A stretch of DNA of 64,000 nucleotides from Flavobacteriales bacterium (GCA_003499525.1 DNTB01000096.1:34695-98694); one strand, 5' to 3'; shown: positions 1 to 8,878, counted from the first letter of the stretch. The notes: generated by a model not told the origin, from the letters alone. Made by a program: numbers and translations.

Positions 1-1153
1 GTTCAATATCGTTATCCAAACCTACTGACATTCGCACGAGTCCTTCGCTCATACCCATTGCATCTTGCTGATCCTCGGGCACTTCTGATGATGTTGAGCT
101 GCCCGGAGCACTAAAAAGAGTTTTATAGAATCCCAGGCTGACGGCCAAATAGCCTACTTTCCTTTTTTGAAGTCTTTCCATGAAATCATAAGCATCTTTT
201 TTAGTACCGAGGTCCAATAGGACCATTCCCCCATAGCCAAAATTGTCGTTCATCATATTGGTCATCAGCTCATACTGCGGATGCTCTTGAAGACCACAAT
301 ACCGCACTCGGATTCCGAGTTTCTTCAGGCCTCCCGCAATAGTCAATGCATTGCGGCTATGCTGCCTCATTCGTAAATGAAGATTATGCAGGTTTTTAAG
401 GACACTAGCCGATCTCATACTGTCCATTACAGGACCGAGCAACATAGTAGTTCCGCTGTTTACGTCCATAAGGCTATCTATAAACTCTTTATCTGCACAA
501 ATAGCACCGGCTACCGTATCGCTGCTTCCGTTGATGAATTTAGTCAGGGAGTGAATTACAATGTCCGCTCCCAACTTGTAGGGTGAGATTATTAGTGGAG
601 TAAAGGTGTTGTCTACCACAAGTTTTAGGTTATTCTCAATGCACAATTTTGAAAGCTCTGGTATATCTGCGATCTCCAGCAAAGGGTTACTCATGGCTTC
701 GCAGTAGATCATTTTGGTATTAGGTCGAATACTGCTCTTTATCTCATCGGGGTTAGTGATGTCTACAAGGGTGGTTTCCACACCGAATCGGGGCAGATAG
801 TTATTGAGCAAGGCATAGGTACCCCCGTACATGGTTTTTCCGGCGATCAGATGATCTCCCGCACTACAGATTTGCATCATGACATTGGAAATAGCGGCCA
901 TGCCAGACCCAGTTACTTGCGCGGATTCTGTTCCTTCCATTATCGCCAATGCATCTGCCAGATAACGGTTACTGGGGTTCCAGTGACGCGAATAGAGATA
1001 ACACCCCTCTATTTCGTGATCGAAGATTTCCTCCATTCTGTCTGCCGCCAGAAAAGTATAGGTTGAGCTATCCGTGATAGATGGGTTTACTCCTCCAAAT
1101 TCACCAAAGTTCAAAATGTCTTGAATAGCAGTTGCCGGATCATTATGTTTCAT
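1..1153 (-). CDS. PLP-dependent Cys/Met-metabolism enzyme (methionine gamma-lyase / O-acetylhomoserine sulfhydrylase family); C-terminus cut by the window edge
   Basis: Absent from the ORF track because it runs off the left edge. My reverse-complement translation from ATG 1153 gives MKHNDPATAIQDILNFGEFGGVNP... It contains ...TPLIISPYKLGADIVIHSLTK... (PLP-lysine SxTK motif, about 541-600). At base 1 it reads ...GLDNDIE, the conserved near-C-terminal VGLE-type motif of this family. Confidence 0.85.
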   Translation of the reverse strand, partial: MKHNDPATAIQDILNFGEFGGVNPSITDSSTYTFLAADRMEEIFDHEIEGCYLYSRHWNPSNRYLADALAIMEGTESAQVTGSGMAAISNVMMQICSAGDHLIAGKTMYGGTYALLNNYLPRFGVETTLVDITNPDEIKSSIRPNTKMIYCEAMSNPLLEIADIPELSKLCIENNLKLVVDNTFTPLIISPYKLGADIVIHSLTKFINGSSDTVAGAICADKEFIDSLMDVNSGTTMLLGPVMDSMRSASVLKNLHNLHLRMRQHSRNALTIAGGLKKLGIRVRYCGLQEHPQYELMTNMMNDNFGYGGMVLLDLGTKKDAYDFMERLQKRKVGYLAVSLGFYKTLFSAPGSSTSSEVPEDQQDAMGMSEGLVRMSVGLDNDIE

Positions 1154-1161
1154 TTTGCCTC

Positions 1162-1184
1162 TATTTTTGTCAAAATTGACAAAA
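1162..1184. promoter_or_regulatory. Divergent control region: -7 box TATTTTTG (1162-1169, + strand) overlapping a perfect 9-bp inverted repeat TTTTGTCAA-aa-TTGACAAAA (1165-1184)
   Basis: Read directly from the sequence. It lies in the 88-bp gap between the divergent start codons at 1153 (-) and 1242 (+). TATTTTTG fits the Bacteroidetes TAnnTTTG consensus. Confidence 0.4.
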
Positions 1185-1241
1185 CCGGATGTAAAGTGTA
1201 TTGACTTAAATCACTTGTTTCGGAAAATCCATTTCGTCAAT

Positions 1242-1745
1242 ATGAAAGAAGAAAACAAAAAACAACTGGGACAACTCAAGGGGGATTTGAATTCGGATGA
1301 GAAAAGTGTTGTGCTTAATGCGGTAGACCGATTAAAGGAACTCGGACACTCCTCTTTAATCCCGTCTGTTATCAAGGCTTGGAAAAGGCATCCGGAAATG
1401 GAAATTCGTCAGCCGATTGAAAAGCTTCTTTGCAGTTTAAAAGACACGGCCGCCCTGCCTGAGATAATCAGATGGCTCAATAATGAGAACGATGTTAAGC
1501 TCAGGACGATGCTACTGACAGCAATTTGGCAATCTGGATTAAATGCAAAATCATATGGCAACGAACTTTTGAAATATATTGAACGCTTTGGTCCTGAAGA
1601 GCTCATAGAAATTACGAGTATCATCGATGTCAGTGAAGGCCTTGATGTAGACGATGACATGAGAAGAAAGCTTGAACGCTTAACTCAAAGTGAAAAAGAC
1701 CAATTCAGAAGGACCCTTATGACTGATATTAAGGAGGGTCTATAA
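1242..1745 (+). CDS. Hypothetical cytoplasmic protein with helical (HEAT/armadillo-like) repeat character
   Basis: The track ORF 1155-1745 starts at a TTG that is 2 nt from the divergent gene start and inside the promoter/palindrome. I prefer the first ATG at 1242 (MKEENKKQLGQLKG...). No signal peptide, Leu/Glu/Lys-rich, and no family recognised. Confidence 0.5.
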   Translation: MKEENKKQLGQLKGDLNSDEKSVVLNAVDRLKELGHSSLIPSVIKAWKRHPEMEIRQPIEKLLCSLKDTAALPEIIRWLNNENDVKLRTMLLTAIWQSGLNAKSYGNELLKYIERFGPEELIEITSIIDVSEGLDVDDDMRRKLERLTQSEKDQFRRTLMTDIKEGL

Positions 1746-1753
1746 AAGAGAAA

Positions 1754-1771
1754 AGCACGATCACTCGTGCT
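1754..1771. terminator. Possible shared hairpin terminator between convergent genes
   Basis: AGCACGA-tcac-TCGTGCT stem-loop. On the minus strand it is followed by the T-rich TTTCTCTTTTAT. The stem is weak and short. Confidence 0.35.
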
Positions 1772-1800
1772 CTCCCTCATACGCGAAAAAAAACTAACGT

Positions 1801-2259
1801 TTATTTAAGCGATATCACGGATCGAACAATTCCCCCTTGCCCGCTGCATTCTTCGGGACACATCTTCCTAAGTCTGTACTGCAATAGATAGCCCAGTACT
1901 TTACCAGTATACTCATCTTCAGCACGTTGATAATCTGTTAAGCCCGGTGAAAAACAATTCTTATAAACATCTACCCGAACTTTTGACTGGTCATCGAATC
2001 TCAATTCAAATCTTCCTTTTTTGGTAGTATTGGTTCGAAACACCAATTTACCATCTTCATAAAGCTCTACAAAAGCGTTTTCTACTGCATTACCATATTG
2101 ATCTATGACAACTCCTCTCATTTTTGCAGGTGCTTCCTTGCGAGACCTTTTTTCAAATTCATCATTCGTTCCTGAACCTAATGAAATAGCATTTGTCATA
2201 AGTGCGATTAGAATTAGCGTTATTCCCTTGAGCCAATTTCTTGTTGTTAAAGTTTTCAT
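1801..2259 (-). CDS. Small secreted protein with a carboxypeptidase-regulatory-like beta-sandwich
   Basis: N-terminal hydrophobic signal (ITLILIALMTNAISLG), then MRGVVIDQYGNAVENAFVELYEDGKLVFRTNTTKKGRFELRF, which fits the CarboxypepD_reg pattern. Confidence 0.55.
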   Translation of the reverse strand: MKTLTTRNWLKGITLILIALMTNAISLGSGTNDEFEKRSRKEAPAKMRGVVIDQYGNAVENAFVELYEDGKLVFRTNTTKKGRFELRFDDQSKVRVDVYKNCFSPGLTDYQRAEDEYTGKVLGYLLQYRLRKMCPEECSGQGGIVRSVISLK

Positions 2260-2584
2260 CGTGGTGTTTTTAACTATTTGTTCAAATGTCTCTGCGCTTC
2301 GATTTTCTGAGCTTTTTTCTATACTAAATCTATGGCGAAAGAATTTTTGGAGAAAGAAAACCCTTCAAAATCAACACCTTTTTAGCGATAACTTTCAATG
2401 GAGAATCAAATCCTGTTACTCAAGATTTAAGCAACCCTCTTGCCCAATAAATATGCAGGGAATTTTTTATCCGCTCATGTTGACGTAATATCCCAAACTT
2501 TGAAAGAGTGTGACTCTTGAGTTAAACAGTTAGTGCATTTCAAGAAGTCAACTACTTTTACACCAATACCTCAAAAGGACATTT

Positions 2585-3541
2585 TCAGGCTTTGAGCGAG
2601 TCGAGATAATTGAGAACATCCTGTTCGAGCTTAACATTTGACTTGCGGTTCCCGGACCGATCAAATTGATTACCCGTTATTTTTTCATACAGTTCTATGT
2701 ACCTATTGGTAACAAGTTCTACGAACTCATCTGGCAATTCCGGCATTCTCTGTCCTTCTAAACCCTGGAAACCATTCTCAATAAGCCATTCGCGTACAAA
2801 TTCTTTCGATAATTGACGTTGGGGCTCTCCTTCTCTTTGAAGTTGATCATAGGTGTTCAGATAAAAATATCTTGATGAATCCGGAGTATGTATTTCATCT
2901 ATCAGAACAATAGCTCCATTCGAGTCTAACCCAAACTCATATTTAGTATCCACCAGAATAAGGCCTCTTTCGGCAGCCAAATGAGTTCCGCTTTCAAAGA
3001 GTTTTCTGGTGTACTCTTCGAGCTGATTGTATGTTCCTTCGTCCACAATTCCTTTCTCAATGATTTCCTCCCGGGAAATGTCTTCATCATGTCCTTCCTC
3101 GGCCTTCGTTGCGGGAGTAATAATCGGAATTGGAAATTTATCATGCTCTTTCATTCCCTCAGGCAATGGAACTCCGCAAAGCTTTCTCCCACCACTCCGG
3201 TATACTCTCCAGGCATGCCCGGTCAGATATCCTCGAATGACCATCTCAATTTTTATAGGTTCAGCCTTAAGGCCACTCATAACATTGGGATGTGGAGTAG
3301 CTTTTTTCCAGTTGGGCACGATATCAGAAGTTCTGTCAAGAAAATCAGATGCGATACTTGTAAGCACTTCTCCTTTGAACGGTATTCCTTTTGGAAGCAC
3401 ATGGTCAAATGCAGAAATCCGATCTGTTGCCACCAATAGAATGTCACCATTAGTAAGCGAATAAACATCTCTTACCTTACCACGGTACAAACTATCTATT
3501 AATGGATGTTTGAAGTTGGTTTCAACAATAGCTGGTCTCAT
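2585..3541 (-). CDS. purC: Phosphoribosylaminoimidazole-succinocarboxamide (SAICAR) synthase
   Basis: 318 aa. YRGKVRDVYSL and LLVATDRISAFD motifs typical of the long-form PurC. Confidence 0.92.
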   Translation of the reverse strand: MRPAIVETNFKHPLIDSLYRGKVRDVYSLTNGDILLVATDRISAFDHVLPKGIPFKGEVLTSIASDFLDRTSDIVPNWKKATPHPNVMSGLKAEPIKIEMVIRGYLTGHAWRVYRSGGRKLCGVPLPEGMKEHDKFPIPIITPATKAEEGHDEDISREEIIEKGIVDEGTYNQLEEYTRKLFESGTHLAAERGLILVDTKYEFGLDSNGAIVLIDEIHTPDSSRYFYLNTYDQLQREGEPQRQLSKEFVREWLIENGFQGLEGQRMPELPDEFVELVTNRYIELYEKITGNQFDRSGNRKSNVKLEQDVLNYLDSLKA

Positions 3542-4488
3542 TTCTTTCCTTCTTTATCGTATGCCTTAATAATATCCTTGACGATTGGATGCCGGATGAC
3601 ATCCCTATCTCCAAGACGGACAAACGCAATTCCTTCAATGTTCTCCAGGTTCCTCAGAGCATGCACTAATCCGGATTGCTGATTTCTGGGTAGGTCTACC
3701 TGTGAGATATCTCCTGTGACGATAAATTGTGCATTCGCACCCATACGTGTTAGGAACATTTTCATCTGATTTGCAGAAGCATTTTGAGCCTCATCCAGAA
3801 TGACAAATGCATTGTCCAGGGTCCGGCCTCTCATAAATGCCAAAGGAGCAATCTGAATGGTCCCATCCTCGAGGTACTGATGAAGTTTGTTTGACGGAAT
3901 CATGTCATAAAGAGCATCATAGAGCGGTAATATGTAGGGATCTAGTTTATCCTTCAGATCGCCGGGAAGAAACCCCAGGTTTTCCCCTGCCTCCACTGCT
4001 GGCCGGGTAAGAATAATTCGCTCGACCTTATGGTTTTTCAGGGCTCTCACGGCTAGCGCTACAGCGGTGTATGTCTTTCCGGTTCCTGCGGGGCCGATAG
4101 CAAAAACCATATCATGATCTTCACATGCTTCAACAATTTTGAGCTGATTCTGAGTTCTGGCCCGTATTAGAGTACCCCCTGTACCATAAACAAGAACTTC
4201 TTCCTGTCCTATTCTTGCACGAATATGGGTTTCTGATGGTTCATTCAGTATTCCTTTGATGCCTTCCTTGTCAAGGACATTGTAGGTATTGTAATGCTCG
4301 ATTAGAGCATTGACTTTCCTGGTAAATTGAAGAAGTTCCTTTTCGTTTCCCTTTGCCCTGAATTCATTCCCCCGAGCCACAATCTTGAGTTTCGGGAAAT
4401 GATCTTTTATGATATTGACGTGTTCATGATTGATTCCAAAAATATCGACTGGGCTGTTGGAATCAAGGCTAATTATGATCTCTTGCAA
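3538..4488 (-). CDS. phoH: PhoH family ATPase
   Basis: Walker A GPAGTGKTY and Walker B-like FVILDEAQN, 316 aa. Its stop overlaps the purC start by 4 nt (operon). Confidence 0.92.
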   Translation of the reverse strand: MQEIIISLDSNSPVDIFGINHEHVNIIKDHFPKLKIVARGNEFRAKGNEKELLQFTRKVNALIEHYNTYNVLDKEGIKGILNEPSETHIRARIGQEEVLVYGTGGTLIRARTQNQLKIVEACEDHDMVFAIGPAGTGKTYTAVALAVRALKNHKVERIILTRPAVEAGENLGFLPGDLKDKLDPYILPLYDALYDMIPSNKLHQYLEDGTIQIAPLAFMRGRTLDNAFVILDEAQNASANQMKMFLTRMGANAQFIVTGDISQVDLPRNQQSGLVHALRNLENIEGIAFVRLGDRDVIRHPIVKDIIKAYDKEGKK

Positions 4489-4581
4489 TGCCTTTATTTT
4501 CTGAGATGTGGTACGTTTTGTTTTCTACTTTCGCAAAGCTAAATGAAAAGGTCATTTGACGAACCCATTAGGTAGTTGAGC

Positions 4582-5364
4582 ATGCCAATAGTAACACTCA
4601 CAACAGATTACGGTACTACCGATTCTTATATTGCTGAGATAAAAGGTTCAATTCTCACTCAGACTAATCAGGTGAGCTTCATTGATGTGAGTCATGACAT
4701 TCGGAAGTTCGATCTATATCATGGGGCTCATGTAGTAAGAAATGCCTTTCATAGTTTTCCTGAAGGCACTCTGCATTTGGTCAGCGTTGGAGTATTTTCA
4801 CCTGATTCATCCTATGCCCTATCCTTATATAAAGGGCATCACTTTTGCGGACCTGATAATGGAGTGATGTCATTGATTTTTGAAGGACTACGTGCTACGC
4901 ACAATTTGATCACTTTGCCTCTACCCAAAGAATTTAACAGTTTTCCTGCCAAATTTTTCTTCCCAATAGTGGCGCATCATATTGCACAAGGTGGTACACC
5001 AGAAATAATTGCTTCAGCAGTTCCTTCACTCAGGCCTGTATTTAGCCCGAAACCGGTAATCATGAATGACCTGATCAGGGCCAATATTCAATACATCGAC
5101 GAGTTCGGGAACCTGATTACCAACCTTGATACTTCGGAATTCGAGAAAGTACGAGCCGGCAGATCATTTTCAATTCGGTTTCGTTTACCCGGGTTTCGAA
5201 CTCAAACTATTTCTGAACACTACAACTCAGTAGATGAAGGGGACATCGTAGCTTTGTTTAATCAGCATGGTTTTTTAGAAATAGCCATCAATTCTGGCAA
5301 TGCATCTCAACTACTAGGCGTTCAAATCAACGACCTGATTAGCATTTCTTTCAATGATCGTTAG
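4582..5364 (+). CDS. SAM hydrolase / SAM hydroxide adenosyltransferase family protein (DUF62)
   Basis: N-terminus MPIVTLTTDYGTTDSYIAEIKG is characteristic of the family, and the length is about 260 aa. I prefer ATG 4582 over the track TTG at 4576. Confidence 0.75.
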   Translation: MPIVTLTTDYGTTDSYIAEIKGSILTQTNQVSFIDVSHDIRKFDLYHGAHVVRNAFHSFPEGTLHLVSVGVFSPDSSYALSLYKGHHFCGPDNGVMSLIFEGLRATHNLITLPLPKEFNSFPAKFFFPIVAHHIAQGGTPEIIASAVPSLRPVFSPKPVIMNDLIRANIQYIDEFGNLITNLDTSEFEKVRAGRSFSIRFRLPGFRTQTISEHYNSVDEGDIVALFNQHGFLEIAINSGNASQLLGVQINDLISISFNDR

Positions 5365-5638
5365 AATTGTCACTCTGCACATTAAGGAAGAACGCGTTGA
5401 TGAGTTCGAAGCATTGTCCTCAAGAATTCGTGAGAGAATCCTTTCATTTCCGGGATGCACACATCTTGAGTTTCTTCGGGATATAGTAGACAAGGGGCTT
5501 TTTGTAACGTGCTCTGTATGGGAGAAAGAAGAAGATTTGGAAAGATACCGGGCATCAGAACTCTTTGCGGATATTTGGCCTGAAGCTAAAGATATGTTTA
5601 GCAAAAAAGCCAGTGCTCAAACCTTAGTCAAGCTCTAG
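5354..5638 (+). CDS. Antibiotic-biosynthesis-monooxygenase (ABM) fold protein
   Basis: 94 aa: MIVRIVTLHIKEERVDEF...CSVWEKEEDLERYRASELF. Size and pattern fit the ABM ferredoxin-like fold. The ATG overlaps the upstream gene end by 11 nt. Confidence 0.7.
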   Translation: MIVRIVTLHIKEERVDEFEALSSRIRERILSFPGCTHLEFLRDIVDKGLFVTCSVWEKEEDLERYRASELFADIWPEAKDMFSKKASAQTLVKL

Positions 5639-5789
5639 CCAAAGCCTTTCCATTTTCTATTAATTCCTTTATTTTCAGGTAAGTGGTAATCAACAATTCG
5701 CTTTTCATATCTTTCAATTAACTTAAAAAAAAGCCCCCTTCATTAAAAATACATTTACATCAGAAAATTCAAATGAATAACTGGTGTCG

Positions 5790-6011
5790 ATGAAGCCCCA
5801 AATAGTAATTAAAAAAATTCTGAAACTCTTTATTGTAATCTGGATTTTGTTCACTCCAGATCTGAGTTTCGCCCCGCCATTCCCAACTTGTCCGACATGT
5901 ACCACTCCCGTTCCTATTGATGGAGGAATTGGATTGTTGATCATCGCAGCCATGATAATCGGACTTCGAATGACTATAGTAGTATTGAAAAAGAAATACG
6001 TAAGTACATAA
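5790..6011 (+). CDS. 73-aa mini-protein: signal peptide + CPTC Pro/Thr core + P-I-D + TM helix + basic tail (C-terminal sorting-signal-like)
   Basis: I prefer ATG 5790 over the track GTG at 5784. Layout: MKPQIVIKKILKLFIVIWILFTPDLSFA / PPFPTCPTCTTPV / PID / GGIGLLIIAAMIIGL / RMTIVVLKKKYVST. A paralog 200 bp downstream supports that it is a real gene. Confidence 0.55.
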   Translation: MKPQIVIKKILKLFIVIWILFTPDLSFAPPFPTCPTCTTPVPIDGGIGLLIIAAMIIGLRMTIVVLKKKYVST

Positions 6012-6061
6012 AGCTTCATCGACGATAAAAATCGTCATACTCGTTTCATTTTGAGAGAATT

Positions 6062-6086
6062 AAGAGGCGTAATTGCCTCTTTTTTT
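6062..6086 (+). terminator. Rho-independent terminator after the first mini-gene
   Basis: AAGAGGC-gtaatt-GCCTCTT hairpin followed directly by a T run (TTTTTT). Confidence 0.65.
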
Positions 6087-6208
6087 ATGCTCAAAATTCT
6101 AATTAATAGGAAAATCACAGAATAAAAATAAAAACTAACAATAAAATGTGAATAACTGTTGTGTAATAGATTTTAGTTGGTACTTTTGTAGGCAGAAAAT
6201 TGAGGGTT

Positions 6209-6412
6209 ATGAAAGTTTCTTGGGGGAAGAAACTCTTTCTGACATTTGTTTATTTGTGCATTTCTGTGGGATTGAACGCGTTACCAATTCCCTGTACGAC
6301 TTGTACTGCTCCAACGCCGATAGATCAGGGTACAGGGGTATTATGGGTAGTAGGCGTACTCATCGGGATAGTGTATACGGTGCGACACTTTCATAAAAGA
6401 TCAAAAGCCTAA
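6209..6412 (+). CDS. 67-aa mini-protein, paralog of 5790-6011 (signal peptide + CTTC core + P-I-D + TM helix + basic tail)
   Basis: I prefer ATG 6209 over the track TTG at 6200. Layout: MKVSWGKKLFLTFVYLCISVGLNA / LPIPCTTCTAPT / PID / QGTGVLWVVGVLIGIVY / TVRHFHKRSKA. It shares C-x-T-C-T-x-P-x-P-I-D with the upstream paralog. Confidence 0.55.
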   Translation: MKVSWGKKLFLTFVYLCISVGLNALPIPCTTCTAPTPIDQGTGVLWVVGVLIGIVYTVRHFHKRSKA

Positions 6413-8800
6413 CTAGAGCTTCCACCTTTTTATCAAAGCATTCATAGTTTTCCGTTCCACCTCACTCAAACCGCTAAGATGGACTATAGTGTCAATTTGA
6501 GATTGAAACTCTTCCTGCAGATAATATGATTTGAGTATTTCCCTGGCGGGAGATGATAGCTTGCGATTGAAATATACGCTTGCTAAAACTATGGATTTAA
6601 GATATTCAGAAGATGCGTCATTCAGGATATTCAGCTGCCTTAAAGCCTTAAGCCTTACGTCGAATGAAAACGATTCCGATGCGAAATCCAACAGCTTCAT
6701 GTGATACCTTGGGTCTTGTTCTATCAAATATTTTAATACCAACCAGTCAATTTGATCTAACTCAGATTCAAATACCTGCCACGGTGTTTTTCCTATCAAG
6801 ATTATAAATCGCTGAGGGTCCAATTGCAGGCCTACTTGTGCAATAGCGAGTTTTTCCTGCCCGTCTGCCTTCTCAAAAAGGACGGGTAATGAGTCAAAGC
6901 ACGATAAAGATGAACTTGCTCTCATCTTCCTAAGCGAGAGAATTCTGATTTCGCTGTCCTGATGGTTCAGTAAATCACAAATAACATGGTCATCCACAAC
7001 CAATTCCTCAACGCTAAGTATCGCCCTGATGAACTCTTCATTCGTTTCTGTTCTCAAAATGCTATTCATTAGCTCATGCCAGATACCTTCATCGTGGAAA
7101 TTCAACATTGAATTGAGCGACCTTAGACGAAGATGTTGAAAGTGGTCTTGTTCCATATCCAATCTGAATTCATCCAAAGTTTTGTTTTCCTGAACATAAG
7201 CCAATACTTTTCCCTCTGGATCAATCGCCCACCCCACACTACCAACTGGTATTTTTATCTCCATGGGGTAGTCCCAATCAGAGGACAACTTCCGAATAAC
7301 CTTGAACGAAGAATTATTCGCCAGATAAAACTCAAGGTACGGTTGTTCAGGATAGTATTCGCCGTTAATGCTGTTGCTTACATCGACCTGAACACCATTA
7401 TCACTGGTATTGGCCTCTACAGCAATTTCTCCGGCCTCACATATCCATCTTTGCCAGAACAAATCATATTTTCCACTGTATCGGTCATGAATGAATCCAA
7501 GAAAACTTTCCGTCGTAATGTTTTGGAAAGCATACCTCTTTAGATAGTCTTTCATGAGCTCATCAAATTGAATCTGTCCAATCATGTCTTCAAACATATC
7601 GAGCACCCACCCTCCTTTATAATACTGTCTTTCGGATCCGGACCTTTCTTTTGCCACAGGTATTGAATCCCTCTCGTTCGCGAGAAATATGGATGATCTG
7701 TACTGTTCCCTTATCTCTCTGTAATAACTTTCTCCAAATCGAAACCTCAACCACTCCATGTGATAGTATGTTGCAAAACTCTCGTGTAGCCAATGATCAT
7801 GATTGGTAGTTCCGGTAATCAAGTCTCCAAACCACTGATGTGCATATTCATGAGCAGAAACCCAGGAGAAGTTTTTGAACATGCCTGGTCGAACAAGGCG
7901 ATCACTCATAATAACCGAAGTGGTGTTTTCCATGGCGCCGTGCATGTAATCCCGAACAGGAATAATTCTGAAAGTACTCCACGGATAAGGAGAGCCAATG
8001 CGATCATTAAGGTACTTGATCATTTCAATCAAATCATCCAAGTATAACCCAGGCTCAATTTGCTGATAATCAGAATAGTAAAACTCCAAATCTATTCCAT
8101 CAACTTTTTCCTTCACAACTTCAAACTGACCAATTCCGAGCATGATGAGATAGCTGGAATGCGGTTCCTCTAATCGGTAGTGCCATTGAACCTTTCCATT
8201 TTCAAGAGTTTTTTTAGAGATCAACACCCCATTGGAAATAACGCTATATCCTTCATCAAAAATCACCTTAACCTCTGAAGTCAGTTTATCAGATAGATGA
8301 TCCCAATGAGGTATCCAATGCCGGTTATCTATTCCCTGTCCTTGAGACCATATCTGTTTAGGAGCTCGGTTGGTTGAGTCATTCCAGCCGATAAAATACA
8401 GTCCCTTCCTCGGCTGAGCATGATATATGAGTCTGAGCACATTGTCAGCGTCTTTCAAAAGCAATTCAGTTTGAGGAATGGCAATTCGTTTTCCGACCCG
8501 ATATATTTGAACCTTTTCACCATTGAGGAATGATTGCTCCACCTCAATACCTGGCCCATGAAGCCAAAGTGTATCCTGAATTTGACCTGGGACTCTAAGA
8601 TGCAATGAAAGATCTCCAAATATTTTTCCCGCTTCTGGTTCAAAGCTGAATTCAGCATACAGGTGAACTTGATCCAACCAATTCTCCTCTAAATAATTCT
8701 TATCGGACGCAGGGCCAAAATCACATATTTGTGCCTGAGCAGAGTGGGCTAAAGCAAGAATAATGGCACTTAAGAAAAAATATGAATCTATGAATCTCAT
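6413..8800 (-). CDS. Secreted M1 family zinc aminopeptidase (aminopeptidase N-like) with a C-terminal helical repeat region
   Basis: GAMEN motif (HGAMENTT), HEYAHQWFG (7826-7852) and a downstream ESFATY Glu give the HExxH-18-E signature. Signal peptide MRFIDSYFFLSAIILALAHSAQA starts at ATG 8800; the track start at 8824 is a TTG. Confidence 0.9.
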   Translation of the reverse strand: MRFIDSYFFLSAIILALAHSAQAQICDFGPASDKNYLEENWLDQVHLYAEFSFEPEAGKIFGDLSLHLRVPGQIQDTLWLHGPGIEVEQSFLNGEKVQIYRVGKRIAIPQTELLLKDADNVLRLIYHAQPRKGLYFIGWNDSTNRAPKQIWSQGQGIDNRHWIPHWDHLSDKLTSEVKVIFDEGYSVISNGVLISKKTLENGKVQWHYRLEEPHSSYLIMLGIGQFEVVKEKVDGIDLEFYYSDYQQIEPGLYLDDLIEMIKYLNDRIGSPYPWSTFRIIPVRDYMHGAMENTTSVIMSDRLVRPGMFKNFSWVSAHEYAHQWFGDLITGTTNHDHWLHESFATYYHMEWLRFRFGESYYREIREQYRSSIFLANERDSIPVAKERSGSERQYYKGGWVLDMFEDMIGQIQFDELMKDYLKRYAFQNITTESFLGFIHDRYSGKYDLFWQRWICEAGEIAVEANTSDNGVQVDVSNSINGEYYPEQPYLEFYLANNSSFKVIRKLSSDWDYPMEIKIPVGSVGWAIDPEGKVLAYVQENKTLDEFRLDMEQDHFQHLRLRSLNSMLNFHDEGIWHELMNSILRTETNEEFIRAILSVEELVVDDHVICDLLNHQDSEIRILSLRKMRASSSLSCFDSLPVLFEKADGQEKLAIAQVGLQLDPQRFIILIGKTPWQVFESELDQIDWLVLKYLIEQDPRYHMKLLDFASESFSFDVRLKALRQLNILNDASSEYLKSIVLASVYFNRKLSSPAREILKSYYLQEEFQSQIDTIVHLSGLSEVERKTMNALIKRWKL

Positions 8801-8849
8801 TTTCGTTACGTTCGGACAGATCAATACTAAACGATTCTATCGAAAAAGC

Positions 8850-8857
8850 TAAATTTG
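8850..8857 (+). promoter_or_regulatory. Bacteroidetes-type -7 promoter box for gldF
   Basis: TAAATTTG matches TAnnTTTG exactly and sits 21 nt upstream of ATG 8879. The track TTG start at 8855 lies inside this box, which argues for the 8879 start. Confidence 0.45.
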
Positions 8858-8878
8858 GCGTCTTTCGTTAGAAGGCGT

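Noticed and set aside
2105-2488. 127-aa plus-strand ORF overlapping the 5' end of gene 1801-2259 and extending into the gap
   Set aside because: It overlaps a better-supported secreted-protein gene on the opposite strand. The sequence is low-complexity and hydrophobic and carries no motif.
2260-2584. 325-bp non-coding gap examined for a tRNA, riboswitch or small ORF
   Set aside because: No tRNA-like T-loop or acceptor features, only trivially short ORFs, and just a weak 6-bp hairpin (AAGAGT-gtg-ACTCTT, 2504-2518) that may be the purC terminator. Nothing here supports a feature call.
2926-3468. Several ORFs on both strands inside purC (2926-3144, 2981-3439, 3027-3464, 3277-3468)
   Set aside because: They are nested in the confidently identified purC reading frame and have no independent evidence.
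5723-6038. Minus-strand ORFs (98 and 89 aa) antisense to the first mini-gene
   Set aside because: The plus-strand reading has a canonical signal peptide, a following terminator and a paralog 200 bp away with the same architecture. The antisense ORFs have none of these.
6148-6396. 82-aa plus-strand ORF in another frame overlapping the second mini-gene
   Set aside because: It has no signal or motif. The frame chosen instead reproduces the C-x-T-C-T-x-P-x-P-I-D + TM + basic pattern of the upstream paralog.
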